64,000 nt of DNA. Source: an uncultured Zetaproteobacteria bacterium (GTDB lineage Bacteria > Pseudomonadota > Zetaproteobacteria > Mariprofundales > Mariprofundaceae). Every line of letters begins with the position of its first letter. The stretch's first letter is position 1. The stretch lies in NCBI GenBank assembly GCA_964645625.1, contig CAZYAI010000001.1, positions 52,968 to 116,967 on the forward strand, given 5' to 3'. Of this stretch, positions 35,050 through 45,182 are shown one piece after another. Position numbers and translations under genes: made by a program. The notes beneath the pieces are model-generated. The model worked only from the letters and a program-made list of their open reading frames with translations. It did not search any database and was not told where the DNA came from.

Positions 35050-38000
35050 GTGACTGATCAAACTGAACATACAACGATATCTGAACAGGCCGTTGCAGAA
35101 GGCGGCGCGTATGAGGTGATACGTCAGCGTTTAAATACACAGCAGCAATCACTTGAAACGTTCATTAACGAGCTTAACCACAAGCGACAGCAGGAATTTG
35201 GAAGCACCGAAATGAAGGTGCTCGGACGCATGCGGTTGAGAACAGAGAACAACTGTCAGGCGCAAGATTTGGTGTTGGTTGGTGAATACGTCCTGTTTGC
35301 TTATAATGTTCATATCGGCTTGAGGAAGGAAACGCGCATCGAAGATGTGCTTGCTCTTTACACTTTGGTAGAGCAAAACGGTGAATACGATTTGCGCTCG
35401 GTTGCTATCAAAGATTCTTTTCTGGCGGATCACCGTTTTCAAAGCGATTTTCAAGAACTGTATGCTTATTACAAAGATACTTCGCTGTCCCAATTGGTGT
35501 TTAAACACAATAAGCTTATTGCATCGTTTCAGATTGGTGAAAAATTATCAGACGTGCGCGTTTTCCGCTGGGAAGTATCCGATGATGGTCAGCGCGTTGA
35601 TTATATCGATAATCGTGGTGAGCGTGATCTTCGCCTACCAGCCAGCCATGATTTTGAATGGGTGCAGTGTCATCGTGACGATGTGGTCGATGGGCGAAAT
35701 CCGCATATTAACATACTCGATACCTTGTTTGTGGATGCCTCACGTGGCGATATTACGATTAAGGTGGAAGATAACACCAATGTCGGTCTTGGTATTTATT
35801 CCGAACCCGTACAAGAAAAGAATCAGGCTTTGGATGATGCCGAGTTTTATTACGCCGACCTGCAACAACTCATCCTGTTAAAAATCAAGCCTTACCGTGA
35901 AGAGCATTATCGTTATTTGATATATAATCGTAACAATCAGCAAGTGCAACGCATGGATGCTATTGGCGATGCCTGTGTTCAATTACCTGAGGATCACGGT
36001 ATTATTTTCCCTGGTGGTTATTACTTAACCACGGGCGAAATGAAAACCTTTGAAGGTAATCTTGAGCATCTGGTCTATAAACGTGCCATGCGTTCCCCCA
36101 ATGGTGAAGATGTGCTTTATATCTTTTACCAGCCTGAATCCAATGTGATTGTCATGTATGGTTACAATCTGATCGAAAAGTCCTTGCAAAACCCTTTGAT
36201 TGGTCACGGTTATGGCTTTTATGATGATGGTCGGATGATTATTTTTTATGCCGATGATGAGCCTAAACGGGTACACCCTTTGCAAATTTGGCAAACCCCT
36301 TATTGCAGCGAAGTGCATGCCAGCAGGCAAACTGTGGCGCATAGTTTTTATGGTAACATTGGCAATGCTGAACTGGTACGCGGTATTTCTGAGTTGTACA
36401 GCATCAGCAGGAGCATGCGTTCAACCGATGTTTCTTCTGAACACTACCATCGCCTCAGTCAGGCCTGTAGTAAGATTTTTGATAGTTATTATTGGTTAGA
36501 TTCCCCCGAGTTGAAGGGCATCGCCACATTGCTGCGGGAAGTTGCCAGTACTGCTGAGCTGGTGCTTGATGAGTATGAAAAGGTCGAAAGCATTCGTGCC
36601 CAGTCGCGCAAAGCATTGCAGGAGGCTGAAGCGAAGCAACGTGAAATGATTCGTCAAATTACTCCTGATAGCTGGCATGCGCCACAGGCGTTTGTCGATG
36701 GCTTGTTTAGCATACGGCAGCATCGTGGGCATTTGATGACGATCAAATCCTATCGTTATATGGATGTCGCGAAAATCAACCAGCTGGATGCCGATATTGC
36801 AGCGGTAGAGCTTGATTTAAATCAAAAAACCGTAGCTTTCTTGGCTTCTGAAGGCGCGCTTTCCAGCTATGATAAGGTGTTGGATCGCGTTGCGAGCGAA
36901 CGCCTTACCTGCAAAACCCATGCCGAACTTAAACCGCATGTTGAAGCACTTCAGCAATTGGCAGCAGCACTGGATTTGATTGCCGAAATGATGGCATCGC
37001 TCAAGGTGGATGATGCAACGGTGCAAACGCGCATTGTCGATGCGATTTCTGAACTGTATAGCCGCTTGAATCAACAAAAGGCAGAGCTGGAACATCAACG
37101 TAAAAGCGTTGGCAGTGCTGAGGCTGCGGCGCAATTTTCGGCACGGCTTAAGTTACTGAATCAAAGTATGAATAACGCGCTTGGTATGGCAAAGACGCCA
37201 GCGAGCAGTGACGAGCAGTTTTCTCGGCTGCTGGTGCAGTTAGAAGAGCTTGAAGCGGAATTTAGTGACTACGATGATTTTATCGCCGACGTTATTAAAA
37301 AACGTGAAACGATATTCGATGCCTTTGAGGCTCATAAACAGCGGTTGATTGATGCGCAGCAACGTAAGGCACAATCCCTCGCCGATGCTGGCACACGCAT
37401 CTTGCAGAGCGTGCAACGGCGCGTTAAACGCTTCACCACCCAAGAAGAATTAAACACCTTTTTCAGTGGCGATAGTCTGATCAGGAAGGTCAGCGACACC
37501 ATTGAAACATTAAGATCCTTGGATGATAGCGTCAAAGCCGAAGACCTTGATGCGCAATTCAAAGCAATCAGGGAGCAATCCATCCGTTCCCTGCGTGATA
37601 AAAGTGATCTTTATGAATCGGGTGGTCAGCTGATTAAACTTGGCCCACGTCATAAGTTTTCGGTCAACACGCAGGATCTGGATCTCACCATTTTACCCAA
37701 GGGCGATGCCTTATTTATCCGCCTAACAGGTACCGATTATTGTGAGGTACTGGATGATGATGCGCTGAATGCTAAGCGTGCGTATTGGTCGATGGAGCTT
37801 CCTTCTGAAAGTGCGCAGCTTTGTCGTGCTGAATACTTGGCTTATAGCATCTTGCAGGCGGCCAAAAGGCAACAACAGGGTCTTGATTGGCAAGGTTTGG
37901 CGCAAGCTGCCACAGATGCAAAAAGCATGCTGGCGTTGGTCGCAGCATTTGCCGCACCTCGTTATAAAGAGGGGTATGAAAAAGGTATTCACGATCATGA

Positions 38001-40317
38001 TGCCAGCCTGATGTTGCAAAAAATCGTACCTGTTTATGAAACAGCAGGAAGCTTTAAATACGCGCCTGCTGCGCGTGGGCTGGCGGCAATCTATTGGGCG
38101 AATAAATATAATGGGGCGCAGCAACAGCGATGGCCGCAACGGGCTAGGAATGCAGCGCAGATGATGCAGGTTTTTGCTGATTCTAAGGCGCAAACTATCC
38201 TGAGCCTAGAGATTGCGGATGATTTGAGGGCTTTTGTCGCTGAGCATCAATTACCCGCAGATGAACGCGTGTTGACTCGTGCCAGTGAATACTTGAGCGA
38301 TGAATTGGCACAAGAACGGGTGGCTTTTGCGACCACCAAATATGCGCGCTACCTCTGCGATGCTTTTGTCACCCACTTAAAAACGCACAATATCTGGCGC
38401 GATTATGAAACAGCATTGGATGCTATGAAGGGGCAGGTCGGTAAACGTTGGGCGTTGGCAGAAAGTTGGTTGACTGCCTTTGTGCAGTCACAGCATAAGC
38501 CGCAATACAGCAGTTTTATCGCCGAAGCGATTGGCATACTGAACGCAGAACAACGTATTGATCGTGTTGATCGTGAATGTGATGTGCAGCTCACCATCGA
38601 AGGTTTGTTGGCAAGGCATCATAAGATCGAAAATCGCCAACTGACCATTCAACTGGATCAGTTTTTGGATGATAATCGTCATCATATCGAACAGGTGATA
38701 CCTGCCTACGAAGATTATTTGCAAGCGCGCCAGCGCATGATGATTGAAAGGCGTGAAGCTTTGGGGCTGGAGTCATTCAAGGCTAAACCCTTGGCATCGT
38801 TTGTCCGCAATCGGCTCATCAATGAGGTTTATTTGCCTTTGATTGGCGATAATCTGGCCAAACAGATTGGCACAGTAGGCGATAAAAAACGTTCGGACTT
38901 GATGGGTTTATTGCTTATGATCTCGCCGCCAGGTTATGGTAAAACAACGTTGATGGAATACGTGGCTGATCGCTTGGGGCTTATTTTTATGAAGATTAAC
39001 TGCCCTGTGATTGGTCACACCATCACCGCTGTGGATCCACAACAGGCGGATAATAGTGCTGCCCGCCAAGAGCTAGAGAAATTGAACCTAGCATTGGAAA
39101 TGGGCAATAATGTGATGTTGTACCTCGATGATATTCAACATACCAACAGCGAGTTTTTGCAAAAGTTTATTTCGTTATCCGATGGTACGCGCCGCATCGA
39201 AGGGGTGTGGAAAAAACGACCTAAAACGTATGATATGCGCGGCAAGAAGTTCTGCGTGGTGATGGCAGGTAATCCTTACACCGAATCAGGCGAAGCCTTC
39301 CAGATCCCTGACATGCTTGCCAACCGTGCTGATATTTACAATTTGGGTGACGTATTGAGTGGCAAAGAGGCGGTGTTTGAACTCAGTTATATCGAAAATG
39401 CTTTGACCTCCAATCCTGTGTTGGCGCCGCTGGCGACGCGAGACATGGCGGATGTTTACAGATTCCTTGAGATGGTCGATGGCGCAAACATAGCCAGCAC
39501 GGATTTATCTCACCCTTACAGCAGTGCCGAGATCAAAGAAATTGTTGATGTGTTACGCAAAATGAAAGTCATTCAAGGCATTGTATGGAAGGTCAACCAA
39601 GCTTACATCGCCGCCAGTGCGCAGGATGATAAGTACCGCACCGAACCAACATTTAAGTTGCAAGGTTCGTACCGAAACATGAATAAAATGGCAGAAAAAA
39701 TATCGGCAATTATGAGCGATGATGAACTGATGCACCTCGTGGACGATCACTACCAAGGTGAGGCGCAATTGTTGACCACAGGCACGGAAGCCAACCTACT
39801 CAAGCTGGCGGAGATTCGCGCTCGCATGAATGCGCAACAGCAGCAACGTTGGACGCAAATCAAAGCTGATTTTATGCGCAATAAAGCGATGGGCGGTGAT
39901 GATGCCGATGTAGGCAGTAAAATTGTGGTGCAGCTCAATGACTTGGTGGCAGGCATCCATGCTTGGCGAGAAAGCCTTGAACAATCGCATGCCGCAGCAC
40001 ATGAGTCGCAAAATCGCGAACTGCTGGTGAGTAGAGAACAAAATAGTAAAGCGTTGAACAATATCGCCAGGGCTATTGCTCGTGTGGCAGCGCATATAAA
40101 AGCAGAAACGCAGGGCGAAGCGGCTACATCCGCCGATCATATACCATTGGAAAGCCTTACGCATCTACTGGAACATACCTTACACCCGTTGATCAAAATC
40201 ATGTATGGCAAACTTGATTTGGATTTAGGAACGCACAAGAACATGGCGGATATTAACCGAAAATTGGCAGTTATTGATTCATTGGTCAGAAACAAGAAGC
40301 CAAGAACAAAGTCTTGA
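35050..40317 (+). CDS. giant (1755 aa) protein with a single MoxR/AAA_5-type AAA+ ATPase module at ~aa 1290-1480 and ~1250 aa of unassigned N-terminal sequence, including a long coiled-coil
   Basis: Walker A LLMISPPGYGKTTLM (nt ~38925). Walker B VMLYLDDIQH. Sensor region FCVVMAGNPYTESGEAFQIPDMLANRADIY, the same ..NP..(G)...P pattern as CbbQ (VISYNPGYQ) and MoxR (ATQNP). Residues ~560-900 are heptad-rich. One uninterrupted ORF with coding composition throughout. Confidence 0.7.
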   Translation: MTDQTEHTTISEQAVAEGGAYEVIRQRLNTQQQSLETFINELNHKRQQEFGSTEMKVLGRMRLRTENNCQAQDLVLVGEYVLFAYNVHIGLRKETRIEDVLALYTLVEQNGEYDLRSVAIKDSFLADHRFQSDFQELYAYYKDTSLSQLVFKHNKLIASFQIGEKLSDVRVFRWEVSDDGQRVDYIDNRGERDLRLPASHDFEWVQCHRDDVVDGRNPHINILDTLFVDASRGDITIKVEDNTNVGLGIYSEPVQEKNQALDDAEFYYADLQQLILLKIKPYREEHYRYLIYNRNNQQVQRMDAIGDACVQLPEDHGIIFPGGYYLTTGEMKTFEGNLEHLVYKRAMRSPNGEDVLYIFYQPESNVIVMYGYNLIEKSLQNPLIGHGYGFYDDGRMIIFYADDEPKRVHPLQIWQTPYCSEVHASRQTVAHSFYGNIGNAELVRGISELYSISRSMRSTDVSSEHYHRLSQACSKIFDSYYWLDSPELKGIATLLREVASTAELVLDEYEKVESIRAQSRKALQEAEAKQREMIRQITPDSWHAPQAFVDGLFSIRQHRGHLMTIKSYRYMDVAKINQLDADIAAVELDLNQKTVAFLASEGALSSYDKVLDRVASERLTCKTHAELKPHVEALQQLAAALDLIAEMMASLKVDDATVQTRIVDAISELYSRLNQQKAELEHQRKSVGSAEAAAQFSARLKLLNQSMNNALGMAKTPASSDEQFSRLLVQLEELEAEFSDYDDFIADVIKKRETIFDAFEAHKQRLIDAQQRKAQSLADAGTRILQSVQRRVKRFTTQEELNTFFSGDSLIRKVSDTIETLRSLDDSVKAEDLDAQFKAIREQSIRSLRDKSDLYESGGQLIKLGPRHKFSVNTQDLDLTILPKGDALFIRLTGTDYCEVLDDDALNAKRAYWSMELPSESAQLCRAEYLAYSILQAAKRQQQGLDWQGLAQAATDAKSMLALVAAFAAPRYKEGYEKGIHDHDASLMLQKIVPVYETAGSFKYAPAARGLAAIYWANKYNGAQQQRWPQRARNAAQMMQVFADSKAQTILSLEIADDLRAFVAEHQLPADERVLTRASEYLSDELAQERVAFATTKYARYLCDAFVTHLKTHNIWRDYETALDAMKGQVGKRWALAESWLTAFVQSQHKPQYSSFIAEAIGILNAEQRIDRVDRECDVQLTIEGLLARHHKIENRQLTIQLDQFLDDNRHHIEQVIPAYEDYLQARQRMMIERREALGLESFKAKPLASFVRNRLINEVYLPLIGDNLAKQIGTVGDKKRSDLMGLLLMISPPGYGKTTLMEYVADRLGLIFMKINCPVIGHTITAVDPQQADNSAARQELEKLNLALEMGNNVMLYLDDIQHTNSEFLQKFISLSDGTRRIEGVWKKRPKTYDMRGKKFCVVMAGNPYTESGEAFQIPDMLANRADIYNLGDVLSGKEAVFELSYIENALTSNPVLAPLATRDMADVYRFLEMVDGANIASTDLSHPYSSAEIKEIVDVLRKMKVIQGIVWKVNQAYIAASAQDDKYRTEPTFKLQGSYRNMNKMAEKISAIMSDDELMHLVDDHYQGEAQLLTTGTEANLLKLAEIRARMNAQQQQRWTQIKADFMRNKAMGGDDADVGSKIVVQLNDLVAGIHAWRESLEQSHAAAHESQNRELLVSREQNSKALNNIARAIARVAAHIKAETQGEAATSADHIPLESLTHLLEHTLHPLIKIMYGKLDLDLGTHKNMADINRKLAVIDSLVRNKKPRTKS

Positions 40318-40389
40318 ACGCGTTTGTGATACAGCCAATCAAGCATCGGATGCACGAATAGTGGAACCAAATACTTGATTGGCTGCTTA

Positions 40390-42654
40390 CTACTTGGTGA
40401 GTGAGATAAACAACTCAGGCAGTTTTTGTGGCAACTTATCTACATGGTCAATGACGGCATAGCGTTTGTCGAAAATATCCGTGACATATTCATCTGCTTT
40501 GGGATCAAGTGAGATGCAGTAGGTGAAAATACCATCGCGATCCAGCTCATTCACGGCTTGTTTACTGTCTTCGATCAACATGCGTTCATCATCAACATCA
40601 ATGTCGGATGGTTGCCCATCTGTGAGTACCAATAACAGCTTTTTGTCCGCACGCTGGTTCTTTAAGTAATGTCCTGCATGGCGAACAGCAGCACCCATGC
40701 GCGTGGAGTAGCCTGCTTGCATGGCCGCTAGTCGGGCTTTTACTGTGTCTCCCCATGGTTCACTGAAACCTTTGATATGGTAATAACGCACATCGTGGCG
40801 GGTGTTGGAATGGAAACCACCGATGGAGAAGGGGTCGCCCAATTGTCCAATAGACCAACCTAATAGGGATACAGCTTCTTGCGAGAGTTGCAAAATGGTT
40901 TGCTCTGTTCCAGCAGCCTTATCATCAAGTGATTGAGATAGATCCAACAATAGCGATACAGCGATATTTCTACCATCCGTCTTGTGTGACATATTCACAC
41001 GAGGGTCAGGGGTAGAGCCGCTTTTGAGGTCAATCAAAGAGCGAAGCGCAACATCTAAATCTAATTCGCTGCCCTCTTCTTGAAAGCGTATGCGCGTTTT
41101 ATCTTGTGGCTTCAAACTGTCGAGTACTCGCTTTAGGCGTTTTGCCAAAGCACTGTGTTTGTCCAAAAGCGAGTCAATGTATGAGGCTGAACCTTGGCTG
41201 TGTAGGGATTCGTATACACTGACCCAATCAGGGCGATAATGTTGTGAGGCATAATCCCATTCATGGTAATGGCGTGGCGGTAGTGCATGAATCTCTTCAC
41301 TGTCTTCTTTTTGCTGGTTGAGGTGATCAAACTCCTCTTCTTCATCTCCTGCTTCGATATAAATCCATAAATGTCGGTTATCGTCTCGGTAGCTGACCTC
41401 GGTGTTGCGGAAGTAAATATGCGGCAACAAGTCATTTTGTGTACGTGTTTTGGCGATGAATAATAGTGCCAGCTCCGCCATTTTTGGACTACTGGATTCA
41501 TTGTCTTTTAAGGCGTGGACAATGCGTTCCGCAAAATCTCGAATGATTGGGTGTTTTACCTCAAAATTGGGGTCAAGCACCTTACGAGATAATAAAGCTA
41601 GGCGAAGGCGTATGGTTGACCATGAGTCAAGGTTTAGGTCATCTTCATTAGGGATGGGATGCAGGCGCAAGTAAGTGTCATACAGCCCTGGGTATTGACG
41701 TAGGGTGAGTAGATCAATGCGGCAATCTTCAAAGGTTTCTACAGCAATCCGCTGAAACGGACTCCAGTTATCCACCACCATACGCTCACTCCAGCGACGG
41801 TGTGCACACATGTGTGCTAACACTGCGCGGTAACGGTCAATACCTTTAATGCCATTGAGGTCATCAAAAACATCGGGAATGCGTATGCCAAGCTCATCAA
41901 AGTAAGGCATGGGTTTACGTAGTTCATCAAACGCGAGAGAGTAGGGAACTAAATAATCATGTTCACCCCATAAGGCGCGTAGATATAGATCCAGCTTGCG
42001 TTCATTCTCCATAAACAGTGTGCCATGACGTTCACGTTGTAACATGGCACGCGAGTCGGCCGACTGCAGGGAGAAAAAGTCCTTTTGTCGACCAGGGTGA
42101 CTGATGTAGTAAGTAACGCCGTAATTGATCCAGTTGCGCAAGCCTTGCAATGTTACCAAAGAGAGTAGGTGTGGTGCTTGCTTGAGTAGTTCAGGCATGC
42201 CTGGGCTAGGGAATGTTGTGTGGTGACCATGCACAGAGCCAGTGGTGCGCTCAGCAAACTCTTTAAGCAAATCAATATATGATTCCATTAAGGCTTGTGT
42301 TTTTAAATATCGACTGACTTCTGCAAGCGTTTGTAAAAATGGAACGATAGACGGTGCATTGGTATTTCGTGCCAAGTGCCAGACAAAGTCCTTAACGATG
42401 GAGAGCATTGCTTCCCCCGTGTTGGAAACAACAGTAGGCATTTCTTCAAGGTAAATGAGAATAGGATCAGCACCGCGTCCCATTTTGCCTAAAAAAGAGG
42501 CATTGTCGATGTAGTCATCTAAGCCACTGGGTGACAATACGAGTTTCGCTTCTGTGAGGCACTCAGAAAACACACTCTTCACCTGTGGGAAGTTTGAGTT
42601 TAAACGTTCCCAATAGGCTAAATCATGCTCGGGTATTTGTACTGTATCAGCCAT
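40390..42654 (-). CDS. cbbO: RuBisCO activase subunit CbbO (C-terminal von Willebrand A domain)
   Basis: 754 aa. C-terminal VWA with MIDAS (LLLDLSQSLDDK ... VLTDGQPSDIDVDD). Immediately downstream of cbbQ. Confidence 0.85.
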   Translation of the reverse strand: MADTVQIPEHDLAYWERLNSNFPQVKSVFSECLTEAKLVLSPSGLDDYIDNASFLGKMGRGADPILIYLEEMPTVVSNTGEAMLSIVKDFVWHLARNTNAPSIVPFLQTLAEVSRYLKTQALMESYIDLLKEFAERTTGSVHGHHTTFPSPGMPELLKQAPHLLSLVTLQGLRNWINYGVTYYISHPGRQKDFFSLQSADSRAMLQRERHGTLFMENERKLDLYLRALWGEHDYLVPYSLAFDELRKPMPYFDELGIRIPDVFDDLNGIKGIDRYRAVLAHMCAHRRWSERMVVDNWSPFQRIAVETFEDCRIDLLTLRQYPGLYDTYLRLHPIPNEDDLNLDSWSTIRLRLALLSRKVLDPNFEVKHPIIRDFAERIVHALKDNESSSPKMAELALLFIAKTRTQNDLLPHIYFRNTEVSYRDDNRHLWIYIEAGDEEEEFDHLNQQKEDSEEIHALPPRHYHEWDYASQHYRPDWVSVYESLHSQGSASYIDSLLDKHSALAKRLKRVLDSLKPQDKTRIRFQEEGSELDLDVALRSLIDLKSGSTPDPRVNMSHKTDGRNIAVSLLLDLSQSLDDKAAGTEQTILQLSQEAVSLLGWSIGQLGDPFSIGGFHSNTRHDVRYYHIKGFSEPWGDTVKARLAAMQAGYSTRMGAAVRHAGHYLKNQRADKKLLLVLTDGQPSDIDVDDERMLIEDSKQAVNELDRDGIFTYCISLDPKADEYVTDIFDKRYAVIDHVDKLPQKLPELFISLTK

Positions 42655-42667
42655 AGTAGATGACTCC

Positions 42668-43471
42668 TTAGCCGAAGGTTACAGTAATAGTATTATCCAA
42701 GGTTTCACGAATGTCGGCATCATCAGTGATCGGACGAACCATAGCCATACGACATGCAGCTTTGGCTTCGACCCCTTGATTAATCAACGTTGCAGCATAA
42801 ACCAATAGGCGAGTGGAGATACCTTCATCCAGACCGTGACCTTTCAAGTTCCTTGCTGCTGTACCAATGCTTACCAATTTCTCTGCTATATCTGCTGCTA
42901 AGCCTGTTTCGTTGCAGATAATTTCTTGTTCGACGGCTGCCGATGCATAGTCAAAGTCAAAGCCAGTAAATCGTTGTTTGGTGGATTGCTTCAGGTCTTT
43001 CATCAAGCTTTGATAGCCAGGGTTGTAGGAGATGACTAACTGGAAGTCTGGGTGGGCTTCGACCAATTCACCTTTTTTGTCCAGTGGTAGGGTGCGACGG
43101 TGATCGGTTAATGGGTGAATAATCACAGTGGTATCTTGTCTGGCTTCTACGACCTCATCCAAGTAGCAAATGGCACCAATACGTGCTGCTGTAGTCAGCG
43201 GACCATCGAGCCAACGTGTGCCGTTGCTATCAAGCAGGTAACGACCAACCAAGTCTGAGGCTGTCATATCTTCATTGCAAGCAACGGTAATCAGCGGTTT
43301 GCCGAGTTTCCAAGCCATGTATTCAACAAAACGAGATTTGCCGCATCCTGTTGGTCCCTTAACCATCACAGGCAAGCGCGCTGCGTAAGCCGCCGAATAC
43401 AACTCAATTTCATCAGCCTGTGCTTGATAAAAAGGTTCCTTTTGGATTTCATATTGTTTTTTATCGTTCAT
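42668..43471 (-). CDS. cbbQ: RuBisCO activase ATPase CbbQ (MoxR-class AAA+)
   Basis: Walker A VKGPTGCGKSRFVEYMA. Walker B ICYLDEV. Sensor LVISYNPGYQS. ATG at 43471 has an AGGAG RBS. The listed ORF start at 43510 is an upstream extension. Confidence 0.9.
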   Translation of the reverse strand: MNDKKQYEIQKEPFYQAQADEIELYSAAYAARLPVMVKGPTGCGKSRFVEYMAWKLGKPLITVACNEDMTASDLVGRYLLDSNGTRWLDGPLTTAARIGAICYLDEVVEARQDTTVIIHPLTDHRRTLPLDKKGELVEAHPDFQLVISYNPGYQSLMKDLKQSTKQRFTGFDFDYASAAVEQEIICNETGLAADIAEKLVSIGTAARNLKGHGLDEGISTRLLVYAATLINQGVEAKAACRMAMVRPITDDADIRETLDNTITVTFG

Positions 43472-43630
43472 TTTCAATACTCCTAGATGATTGCTTGAAG
43501 GGGCGAGCACTCAGCCCGTATGATTCTTCCATCGTTGTTGTGTGGCACTGTGTTGTTGCTGATATAAAAAAAGGGGCCTCACATAGGAGACCCCTTTATT
43601 ATGTGAAGAGCCTAAGCCCTACAGAGGGTT

Positions 43631-45037
43631 TTACTTATGAACACCCAATTTTTCACGCCAATCAGCGTAAAGCTTATCAGAGTCACCAGGGAAGGACTCA
43701 AAGGCACGTGCAAACTCGTTGTGAGTCTTAGCGTACTCAATAGGATCAGTACCTTCTTTCCAGCATTCGTATGCTTGGCTCAAAGATTTCGCACCAGCTG
43801 CAGGGGAATCAATATGACCGTAAGCACCACCACCACAGGTGTTAATGACGTTGCCATGACCCAAGTTTTCAAAGAAACCAGGCAGACGCAGTGCATTCAT
43901 GCCGCCAGAGATGATCGCTACAGTTGGCTTCATGCCATACCATTTCTGGTTGAAGTAGTTACCCATGCATTCGTCACGTTCCAGCATGTAAGCCAAAACA
44001 GTTTCACCAGAATGACCTTCCATTTTACCGTAGCCCATGGTTCCTGTGTGGATACCAGAAGCACCAATCAGACGTGCGAACTTCATGAATACCAAGGGAT
44101 CCATACCCATAGGCGTTTTGTACGAGGTGATAGAGCCATGACCCGCACGATGATAATGCAGGAATGTATCTGGGAAGTGACGACGGCAAGTGGTTACACC
44201 GTGTGGACCAGTCACAAAGCCATCAACCAAGAATGCTAAGTGATCTTCGTTGCCATATTTGCCGAATGTTTCTTTTACAAACTCGCCACGAGCAACCATT
44301 TCTTGGTGGCAGTCAGAGGTGATGTTCGCAGAAAAGATTTTGGCTTCGCCAGTCTCTTGTTGTGCACGATCCATGGCTTCAGCAACCAATGGAAGTACTT
44401 CTTTCATTGGGCAGAAGCTCTGGTTACCTTGAGGCTCATCATTTTTGATGAAGTCGCCACCCAACCAGAATTGGTAAGCAGCAGCAGCAAATGGTTTTGG
44501 ACGCAAACCAAGCTTAGGTTTAATAATGGTACCAGAGATGTAACCGCCATCAACTTCAGGGCGACCCAAAACTTTCCACAGATCTTTGATGCCAACGCTA
44601 GGACCATCAAACTTCTTAACCATGATTTCAGGGATCATGAAGTCAAGCAGGCGCAAGCCAACATGGTCGCCCATGCCTTGGTTGTTACCCAAGATCAATG
44701 ACCACATCTGAGACAGCATGTAGTTGCCATCGGTGATGTTAATATCAAACAATTCAACAGGGTAAGCGATCTTCATCAGACCGAACCCATCTTCAAAGGC
44801 ACTTTCATCAATAGAGTACACCAGAGCATCAACGCCCTTAGTGAAATCATCGGTCGTGCAAACTTCAACGTTTGTTCCTGTAGAAGATTCTGCTGCAATA
44901 TGTGCAGCAACTTCCAAGAAACCATAGCCTGGAGCAGTTTTCAATTTGTAAGCGGTCAGGAAGTGCTTACCGCCTGCAATGAGATCTTCTTCTTTCAGGC
45001 TTAAATCGGAATAACGATTGGATTGGTCTAATGCCAT
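43631..45037 (-). CDS. cbbM: ribulose-1,5-bisphosphate carboxylase/oxygenase, form II
   Basis: 468 aa: [74 protein letters not shown]... collinear with form II RuBisCO (Rhodospirillum rubrum-type), including [14 protein letters not shown] and HYHRAGHG motifs. Confidence 0.95.
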   Translation of the reverse strand: MALDQSNRYSDLSLKEEDLIAGGKHFLTAYKLKTAPGYGFLEVAAHIAAESSTGTNVEVCTTDDFTKGVDALVYSIDESAFEDGFGLMKIAYPVELFDINITDGNYMLSQMWSLILGNNQGMGDHVGLRLLDFMIPEIMVKKFDGPSVGIKDLWKVLGRPEVDGGYISGTIIKPKLGLRPKPFAAAAYQFWLGGDFIKNDEPQGNQSFCPMKEVLPLVAEAMDRAQQETGEAKIFSANITSDCHQEMVARGEFVKETFGKYGNEDHLAFLVDGFVTGPHGVTTCRRHFPDTFLHYHRAGHGSITSYKTPMGMDPLVFMKFARLIGASGIHTGTMGYGKMEGHSGETVLAYMLERDECMGNYFNQKWYGMKPTVAIISGGMNALRLPGFFENLGHGNVINTCGGGAYGHIDSPAAGAKSLSQAYECWKEGTDPIEYAKTHNEFARAFESFPGDSDKLYADWREKLGVHK

Positions 45038-45182
45038 TTTGGTCCCTCTTTATTGCAAACCACAGTGTAAACAGTGTGGCGTGATGTTCACCTCGTGCTG
45101 CATTAGCAGCGGCGATGGGCGAAGTATGGGAAATTTTACCATTAAGTAAAATAACACATTTTTATTTATCTATAAATAAAGT

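Noticed and set aside
45140-45182. AT-rich near-palindrome TTATTTATCTATAAATAAAG upstream of cbbM as a defined operator
   Set aside because: It is not a perfect dyad and is AT-rich promoter-like sequence. It could simply be the -10/UP region. Insufficient evidence for a specific binding site.
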